A DNA stretch of 64,000 nt from Tubiluchus corallicola (taxonomy: Eukaryota; Animalia; Priapulida), in assembly GCA_030141605.1 (NCBI GenBank), contig JAQGDQ010000016.1, positions 1,332,388-1,396,387 on the forward strand. Direction: 5' to 3'. Every line of letters begins with the position of its first letter. The first letter of the stretch is position 1. The position numbers were made by a program, and so were the translations under genes. Below the pieces are notes generated by a model. That model saw only the letters and a program-made list of their open reading frames with translations, made no database searches and was not told the DNA's origin. Shown here one piece after another: positions 54,264 through 64,000 of this stretch.

Positions 54264-57200
54264 TCTAAATCATGGAATCGTACTTAATCTGATTGCTTTA
54301 TCACAGTGTTGCCATTCTGGTTGATAAAGATTATTGTTTTGGAGGCTAAAAATTATAGTATTTTCCACCATATTATCGCATTTTCATGCAAAATTCAAAA
54401 TTACTGTGTATTTGCAGCAAATTATTATTATCATTGTATAATTATGCATTTAATAAGTAACCATAACACCAAAAAGTACCATTAGCAAGTGTAAAATTAA
54501 GTTTATCAAAACACAATAGAATGTTGCTAATTCCTGCATGTGCAGAACGAAGCCTGATCGTTGTCATCATGGCCATTTGACAACTATGAATGGCCCCTTT
54601 AAACTGATTAACTGTAACTGCTTCCCTTTGAGGTAAACCATTCCACAGATCCTATGACTGATAAAAAATTTCGTAATATAAAATTTATTCTTTAATTTTT
54701 ACCGTTTGTTAAACTACTCTCTTTTGAAATTACTGCTGTTTTCTGAAAACTGTTACCACTAATTTGCAACCAGCATGGTTTGAACTACAACAAAATCAAA
54801 ATTTATTTACATTTCCACGGTAAGCAGTAATGTATTTTCATATCTAAATTATCCTGTAATTATCTGTTATCATACAGTCTGTTTTTTTGTATGGTATGAA
54901 GCATCAAATTATCGTATATTCGAATAAATTTCATATAAAAAGCAACCCTGTTTATCATTTTCATGTCAGGTAAGTGCTAGAAAATAGAACGAAGGTAGAC
55001 TGTAGCAGTGTGTAGTTAATATAAAAAAGAGTTCCTTTAAGGGAAAATAGAATGGTGTATAATGTTCTCTTATGATCAGTGATTATTTTATCATTTTTAT
55101 GTTTTTATTTAGAAATGCTCCTTTTAAGGGAAAATTAAAATAAGCTTTTAGCATGTAATGGACTGAGTGGAATTCTGAAATAGTGTTGTTCCCTATAATA
55201 ATTTTACAATTTTAGTCAAAGGATTATGTGCAGTTTTAATAGAAATATTATTTTATGTTCTATGCACTAAGTGGGATGGACGTTTTTGTTGTTGTTGATA
55301 TACACTATCTTTTCTCTATATACCAGCTAGAACTACACCACTATTGTTATGCATTTGGGAAGTTTTACTTATGGACCAAAGTTGACCTTGCCTTTTTTGC
55401 CCATTTCTGAAGTTAATTATTGTAGGTTTTATATTTTAGAATTTAAATGTGCCACATTGTTCCTTTATTAGGGTAGAGGATTGAGTAATATTTTATCAAT
55501 TGTGCCAAATAAATTATCTTGTTCTCGCTTAAAGCGGCTTAGGACTATAATAATGGTGGTTATATGCGCCATGCAGTTTCTATATTTGAATGAAAATACA
55601 GCATTATTTTGTTAATTGTGCCAAATGAGTTAATACGTTTCTGCTTAAAGTGGATTATCAAGTTACTGCTGTGTTATTTGATTACAGTAATTTTTGTGGC
55701 TTTATAAATCGTGGACCAAGTCCACATTAAGATGAAATTATATTTTTTGTAAACAGGATGAAACAGGATAGGAAATAAGTTAACAGGTTTCTGCTTAAAG
55801 CAGATTACCAAGTTACAGATGCACTAAGCTATACTTTTTGATTACAGTCATATTTATAGCTGTATAAATCGTGGATTGAATAATTAAAATGAAATTATTT
55901 TCGTTTCTTTAATGAGATTATTCTTGTTTATTTAAACTTTAACTATGTTTCTGTGTTACAATAAATGAACTCAAAGCAGAAAATGCAGTTCCTTATATGT
56001 TTAAATTCCTGGCAAGAATAAGGGGGCATTTTATAGTACAATTCTAATGTTGTATATGTTAGATATCATGAAGCAATATCAATTTATCAGAATAGCTCAT
56101 TGCCACACACTTAAGATTTCTGGAAGTCAGTGATCAAAAGTTATATTACTGCATATTTTATTTAATAAAAACTTTAATTTGCAAACAATATGCAGCCAGT
56201 AATATGCTAGAATCTTGCTTGTTTCTCTTGTCACATCAAACTCGCATGTACACAATCTCTAAGAACACTTAAATTGTTGCATGAGGTCTGTCTCAACAGT
56301 AAGAACAGCTACATGTGGGAGTTTTCTATATAATAGCTTACAATAACTGTACGATAAAATGATTTACTATTACCAGTTGACAGAGTACCACAATGTATAG
56401 AAATGAACAAGTGAACTCATAAGATATCATACTAAGTGCAGGTGATGCTACTCATTGTATAATAAATAAAAATTGGAAAAAGTCAAAAAGTTGATAAATC
56501 TTGTTGCTGTCTCATTTGATGTGACTTATCAAATGCACTTTCACTGTTTCCTTCATGCACTTTACTTAATCACAGCCTCTTTTTGTTGTTAGCTGATGTT
56601 ATTTTTCCGTAATTTGTTGTGATTTTTGTTATACAGTCATGCAATTTGTTTTGTTTTTTTACAGAAGAAGTGGTAGTTTGTTAACATTCTACTTTATTTA
56701 ATCTCATTTTAGGTGTCTGTTTATGTGCATAATACATATTTATGGTAAAGTTTTTTCGTATTAGGCTGCTTATTGACAAATAAGAGAAATGCTCACCTAC
56801 TATGCAAGCAATTATTTAAGTCTTGCTAAAATTAATAAATGAACAATCACAGCAATTTATCGTTAAAAAAATTAACATTGTTAATACTTTTGTGGTGTGT
56901 GGTGTCTGATATGAGAGTCGTCGTAAATACGCTGTCAACGCGTTGCCAAACGATCGGTTTTCCTGTTGAAGATATCCCGTTGTGGGATGTGTGAAAAAGT
57001 GGGATGCATCGTGAGGGATATTTTAAATTTGAGTGATATAAACAAAATTGGTAGGTTTGCAATACAGATAAGGCTGAACCTCTTACAGTCAGTTATGATA
57101 CCAGTGATTTATAATACAGAAACATGGAGTGAAGTAACAAAAGTAGAAATGGGTAGGATGGAAGAAATTCAGAAGGATATGTTACAAAAACTAGTATTAT

Positions 57201-59601
57201 CACAGAAGGTGTCAACTAGTTATAGGGGTATGCTAATAGAACATTGTACATAAGTATATGCTGTAGGTATACAGTTTGTACATATAAAGACTCTTAAAAA
57301 GTCAGCCTGGAAGAAACGTGTAAAAGAAAACGTAAAAAAATTATTAAAATTACTGCACATCACCAGATATACTCAAGAACTAAGTTAAGGTTCTTATCTT
57401 ATGAGCTGAGCATGATAAACCCAAGCAGTATATAACTGAGTTAACACTAGAACAGACAAAAAGGGTTTTAGAGATAAAGCTTAATATGCTACCACTAAAA
57501 TGTAATTATAGAAGTAAGTTTAAAGGAGATATATGGTGTCCGCTATGTGGTAAAGACAGAGGATCTATTCAGACGGTTATAAGAAATGTGCTACCAACTA
57601 CAGAAGTAAATTTCCAAAGTCTGATTGAGTCAGAAGATGCACAAATAGCAAAGCAGTAGGTGGAATTTGTTCAAATAGCAATGGAAACAAGAAAAAGAAG
57701 AGGTGTCGTGCTGGGAATTTAGCCAAAATAGTAACAGTCATAAATGGTTGATTAACATCAATGCTGATTACGTTACTTGTGTCTTGCGCGATAATATTCC
57801 TTTGTGCCTATCTAACCAGATAGAGTTAACACCGAGGAAACAACGAAACAACATGTGCTTACTGGAGAACCGCAACTGCAGCGACATGACATAGAGGAAG
57901 TTGAGGAACTGCAAGATGTAAAATGTACAACACTCATCGTATAGAAAAATATAATCTTAAAGTGAACAATACAAAGACCAAAGAATACGTTATACCCACT
58001 GCTAATTTAAACATCAACAATTCTTCCTAAATATCTTTTAATGACACAGATAAAGTCAAGGAATACATTATTTAAAAATGTGTATAGTTACCAGTCTCAT
58101 GAAGAAGTGAAACAGCTTTATACAAATTGGGCAAATTTTCCAGGATTTCAAACATGTGGTGTAGATGAAATTGATAAAATGCATCTGAATTGCATATTAA
58201 AAGAATTTTGTAATAAACTTAAATCAATGTACAGAAAACTATTTTTTACAAAGCTACATAATGATCCTAGACACAGTGATGGCAAAAACAAACTAAGATT
58301 TTATAGATATGTAAAAATCAGTAATGAATTAGAAGATTATTTCAAAATTATTTCTAATGAGAAACAGCGACAAATGATTACGAAATTACGTAACAGCGAA
58401 TATGACCTGGAAATAGAATGATTTAGATATCAAAATAAAAAAGGGCGTGAAAGGCTTTGTCAATACTGTCACAACAATAGCTCAAAATTAGTAGAAAACA
58501 AATTATATTACCTTTTTACTTGTCTTTTGTATAAAGATATTAGACAAAAATATGAGCATAAATATATCTTTGCAAAAAGGTAACATATACTCAGTAATGT
58601 GGTTTTTTTCTAATTGCAAACCCAGAAGACCTTATTCACTTTGGAAACTGCTTAAATGAATGTGATAAAAAAGGCAGTTATATCTTGGTGGTAATCTGTG
58701 AGTGCTGGATAAACCTTGTGCTGTGATTGTGTAATTTAATCTCGTTTGTGATTATATTAATTATTTAGGTTTTGTGTTTTTACTACTACTTTGTAGTTGT
58801 AGCATAAAGTTTTATTTCATAAGAGCACATAATTTCTTATTAGATTTAAGTAAGTTGTACAAACTCGTGGTTTTGCAATGTTGCATAATTGCATCTGTAT
58901 TTGTTGTTTTTCGTGTTTCTTGTACTTTGACTTTTTTGCAATTGTAATTTTTTGCCATGATACGCTATTGTATTTGTGCAATAGAACAAAATTGAAATTG
59001 AAGATGCGGTAATGATTCGTGGAAAAGATGTAAATAACTTGGTAACTTGTAAGACACCGATGCCCACATACAAAGAAGGAAAATTCTTAAATTGTCTGCT
59101 TATTCACATATCTCAATGATTTTTGATAACAATAGACTTTCTCTTGAAACCAGAGTCCGGATTCTTTCAACTTTAGTTGAATCTGTGTTTTTGTACACTG
59201 CTGAGCTATGGACAATAAAAGTTAAGCAACAGAAGGACAGTTGATGCTTTTCGAAGACGTCTCTATAGGAAATTACTCGCAATTAAATCGCCTGATAGAA
59301 TATCCAATGATGATCTGTATAATGCAGTCAAGAAGATTCCTGGTAGTAGACAAATACAAGTAAGAAAATTGCTTTGGATTGGGCACACACTAACAGTAAG
59401 ATTACCTCCTCTTCCTATGGTATTGCATAAAGCTCTTGAAACGACAAAAAACCAAGAGGCTGTCAACTAGGCTGACGTATTTAGGTTTTTGGTACAGATT
59501 TATGATCTAACATGTACATTAGGCAATTTGATACAGACATCATACTATATTCAAAATTTGTAGCTGCATATTTGCCATTAGTTTCTACTCAACAGACCAA
59601 G

Positions 59602-62600
59602 ATGACAAGTTTAAATAAGGGATGCACTTTGCCTTTATATGTGGTGGATGCTTTCACAAGCCAGGCATTTGCTGGAAATGCTGCTGCTGTATGTCTAGTG
59701 TCACACAATCAGGTAAATTAATGATGATCTGTCATTAACAAACTTTTCGTCTTAATTTGTTTTCAGCTATTTTTATTGCACTGTTCTTCACTGCAAATAA
59801 CTTGTGGTCCTGTAGCACAAACTCAGTCAATGTATGTGTCTTAATCGCACTCTTATTTATGTAAAGATATGAGTTTTTAACTACTAACTGATAATGTTTT
59901 TGTTATTTATTTATGTGATTAACTCAATGAATTAACTGTGTTACAATAAATAAATCATTATATTATAATATTTAAATCGCAGGCTTGCATAATAAAAATC
60001 ACTGGTTTATTTTTAGAAATATTGAAACAAATTTAACAAGTTAGTTGAAAACAAAAGTGTCCATTTAGTCACAGCTGAAATCAATTTGTAATCAATTAAA
60101 CTTATAACATCAGTCATAATAATGTCAGGATAATGGTGACTGTGCCTTTAAGTTATGTTTGTATTTGGATCTATTATAATAGTAGGTGTTTTTCATGAAG
60201 ATTTAGTATAATTTTAAGTGACAATTACAATGAGTATCAATGCAGAAAATGCATTTTGTTGTTGTTGTTGTTGTTGTTTCCGTTTCTACGGAGGCTTTGT
60301 AGTTTCTTTCTGCAATTCGAATAGATATTCTGAGTATTATTTGAACTGTACAAAACAGGAGATATGTTATATGTTCAAAATCTATTCCAAACAGTCCGAA
60401 GGCTGTGTTGTTTTTATTAGTTGAATTGTGGTGTAATCTGCATTTCTTGGGTTATATTATTAAATGGCTGTAGACATTGTGATGTATATAGTCATTCGGT
60501 TATTCTATTTTAGGTAATCGACGATGCAAAAATGCAAAAAATTGCTTTCGAAATGAACTTGTCGGAAACCTGTTTCATTGCACTGCCAACAGAAAACGAT
60601 TCGTTCAAGAATTCTTCCCGGTTTGGCCTGCGATGGTTTACCCCTGCCTGTGAAATCCAACTGTGTGGTCATGCCACTCTTGCTGCTGCCACGGTGCTTT
60701 TCTCTTGTGTTGGTAAGTTTGCTAAGCAGGACAGAAATGTAAATCTAGAAGCTGAACCTGAGTCAGTGCTACTACATCAGCTGACACTCACAGTAAATCA
60801 GCCAGCTGGAGTTCACCATTAAGAATGACAGATTTTGATTCTTATGTCCTGCAGCAACAATTTAGCGTTAGTTTGAATAGTTTTATTTGTGAACTGGCTT
60901 AAGTGATTCGACAGCACACCCCTTTATATGCCATATATCTCTCTATATCTCTCATATTTTATGTACTCACAATGTTAAAAAAAATCTCCTGGCTTATAAT
61001 CTGGCAACTCTAGCAATGGATTTATTGCAAATATAATTTAAATCCAACCCTTGGCAAGGCTTATCTGGATTACCAACAAATCAATACTAAAATACCAAAA
61101 TGATCCAATACGTGTGGCTAATGTTGCCTATTTGTGCATTTTATTTAATTTTGAATTGACTGCTTTCTCATTCAAATATTTCTGAAGTTTAGTATCTCTG
61201 CCAGCACACGTACAATATGACCGCATTGCGACCAGTGATTTCATCATCATCATAAGCCCGTTATGTCAATTGTAGACATTGGGCAGGCAGAACTCTAAAA
61301 TAAAAGAAATCTGCCCTCAAAACAGGTAAACACAGCAGTAATCTAGCAAAAAAACTGGACACTGCTATGCCAGTGACTTGTTCGCAAGAGCAAAAATCTT
61401 CACAGCTGGCAAAAATGTCAGCTACCTCGACTTCCGTCACCGAGCGGCTGGCACGACTAAAGCTGGGTTTCTTATCTGCTAGGTCGCCTGTAGAAATAAA
61501 CCGACTGGAGCTGAGCTGAAGCGGTATGGCTCTGGCTTCTATGTCGATCCCTTAAGTATTTTTCACGTTGTCTTGAAAATCAGGGAGTTTTTATTTGCCA
61601 ACCTAATACCAAACGAATTCACTGTGAATTTATTTGTGTGCTAATGCGTTTACTTCAAATAAGCTTCCATGCAGTTTTGCTTTTTTTCTTCTATTGTTTT
61701 TTTAGATTGTGTGCCTTTTTTGCATTTTAGGACTTAAAGCATTCCGCTGTTTTCAGTTCTCATCATATTTGGCATTTTCTTAGGAGACTGTCAGCTTTCC
61801 CTTCTTTTCATCTGCACTTTAAAAAATTGGAAAAGGAAAATAGTGCCTGTTAACCATATTCTAAACCATATTCTATTCCAATAATGAAATTACAATTAGG
61901 CATTGCAATATTTGATTGTATTGCTAATCCACTAATGCTACGATTAGGCTCTAAATATTTGTGAAATTGATAATCATTATGATAGGGGGGTCTGAAATTA
62001 AAAGGCAGCTAGTGAATATATCTACAGCTATGTAAATTATTACAGGTAACGAATTTACAGAGATTACATTTGATACGCTAAGTGGACCACTTGTTGCCAG
62101 AAAAAAAGAGGACAATTTTATTCTGCTAGATTTTCCTGCTAATCCAACTATTAGTGTTAACAAGGAAAATGTTAAAGATCTTTTAAAGGTACCTACTGTT
62201 TTGAATGACCTGTAAAACAAGTTTGCCTGGGTTTTTGTTGTAAGTAATTTTATCATTGAAGCTTTTAGCAGGTAGGTGGTTGACAGTTTGGAAGACATTC
62301 TGACGCCTTGGTATATTTATGTATTTTAGGAAATTTCCGGCGTTACTTGTTTTAACTGTGTGTGCTGGCCATGTTTTTCAAATGTATCATATGGGCTGTT
62401 TTTTTTTGGCCAATAGCTAAATTGCATCTTTGCACAGACTTTTTTGAAGGCATATTACTTAGTATTATCTTACTTGTATTACTTAGTATTACGCTTTCTT
62501 GCCTGCAATACTCATGTAAATAGAAAAGACACATTTTCTAGCTTTATGTAAGTAAAGGGCTTTCTTGCCTTTTATGACAATTTTTTGGTGTTTTAATTAA

Positions 62601-63519
62601 TCCTATTCAGTTTTCGAATTTGCCTGAAGAGGGGAGACAGCATGAGAGGAACATGGAAACTATTCAAAGGTGGGACGGGGGTGGGGGGGGGTGGGGGGTT
62701 ACAGTAATGGTGGCAGTGAAGCACTTGCTGTTACTTTAATGTTTCTTTTTACTGGCTGTTACACACACGTGCATGCACGCACGCGCACACACACACCCAC
62801 ACACACGCACTGTTACATAATATAGTAAAATATATCATATCACTCTTTTCGGTGATTCTAGATTGCATAGCACTCCTACAATAGGACTAGTTGAAGTTTA
62901 GCAAACAACTATCACAATTACTAACCTGACATTCTGTGCATTAAATTTAGAAATCCACAGATTAAAGATACGAGACAATGCCGCTATGATAAAACTAAGG
63001 GTGCATTCAGACTAGCGAGTTTTCTGTTGGGAGTTTTTCTCTAACACCAAACTTGCAAGTGTGAACTGCTTTGCGAGTTACTATCGACAAGTCATTGCAC
63101 ACTTTCAGACAGTTGCTACGAAATGATTTCCTGTTTAGTGTGAACAGTCTCAGCGAGTTACTCTTGACACGGCTCCCAGTGAATAGAGGAGGAGTATCAG
63201 CTGGTGCTTACTTCATGTTGGAGAATTTTGTTCTTTAGTCTGAACGTGCTTGCGAGTTACTTGGCGAGAAAATTTGTTAGTATGAATGCTTCATTACTCT
63301 CAAAAGCAGTGCGACAAAATATCAACATTCTTGCAACAGTCAAGTCATCTAAATTCTTCTTTGTAAAAAGTATTTTGGTCCGAACTTTAATACACTGTAG
63401 AATCTTATGTGAATGTTTTTTATAATACAGGTACTTGTTGGAGATTTACCTATTGTTGATGTGGAGTATGCTCCTGTTATACAACAAATGATTGTGTGTC
63501 TTCAAGATTCTGTGTCCAG
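59602..63519 (+). CDS. PBLD: PhzF/PBLD-family protein, copy 3, partial (exons 59602-59712, 60514-60712, 62046-62188, 63431-63519; continues beyond the window)
   Basis: Exons 1-4 appear identical to copy 2 at offset 14387-14389. Confidence 0.92.
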
Positions 63520-64000
63520 GTGTGCATGTTGATAATTTTTTATTTGGTTTGTCGTGTGTCATTCGTTTTGCACTTTTCATTAGCTTTCATGTTATTATAC
63601 ATACTATAAAATTGCTGCAAATTGTACAAATCTGCAATTAATCTCTATTTCTATGAAGTGTGTTTGTGTATGTTTGTTTATTTGTTTGCTATAAAGTCCT
63701 GTTTTACTTATTTAACTTCAAATTTGGTCTATTAAGTTGCTAATACATCACACTCCCCATTGAATTATGGGATATGTACAGTTATGTGTAGAAATCAATT
63801 AACAAAAGCTGAAGACAGTCTACTTTTTAACTTTTGGCAGGAGCTCTACTTACATGAAAAAGAATTTAAAATACACTATGTTTCAGTCCATTGTTGGGTT
63901 CAAATTCTGATTGGATGAAAATTTTTCATTGTCTCATTCTTCATTCATTAGTCATTGATGTTATTATTGTTGTAAGTATAAGGCTTCATGTGTGTGTGTG

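Larger units (their letters stand above)
22952..64000 (+). repeat. Tandem segmental duplication, at least 3 units (~22952-41492, 41493-55917, 55918->64000), each carrying one PBLD-like gene
   Basis: TTATTCTTGTTTATTTAAACTTTAACTAT... and the following ~1.2 kb recur at 22952, 41493 and 55918; exons, introns and MITEs recur in the same order; unit 2 to unit 3 offset is 14387-14425. Confidence 0.95.

Noticed and set aside
29422-63519. Horizontally acquired bacterial phenazine (phz) cluster
   Set aside because: The genes have six spliceosomal introns, resemble native animal PBLD, and no other phz genes are present.

Overview
AT-rich, intron-rich invertebrate animal DNA; the species cannot be determined from sequence alone. 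Bases 1-~23k hold the 3' half of a calcineurin A catalytic-subunit gene (+ strand, upstream exons outside the window). Its regulatory region has two paralogous exons for the calmodulin-binding helix (13714-13813 and 16544-16631) with identical splice phases, which look mutually exclusive, plus candidate microexons. Bases ~23k-64k are a tandem segmental array (units start near 22952, 41493 and 55918). Each unit carries a PBLD/PhzF-family gene: two complete 7-exon, 296-aa copies and a third cut by the window end. Both complete copies have a Cys...Cys pair (CGH / EDPVCG) reminiscent of PLP-independent racemases. Copy 1 has lost the conserved SET glutamate and has a private solo LTR about 95 bp upstream of its ATG. 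The remainder is nested LINE fragments, MITEs, a truncated P-element/THAP transposon, a tRNA-derived SINE and mini/microsatellites. All exon calls were made by hand from splice signals, phase and protein motifs.
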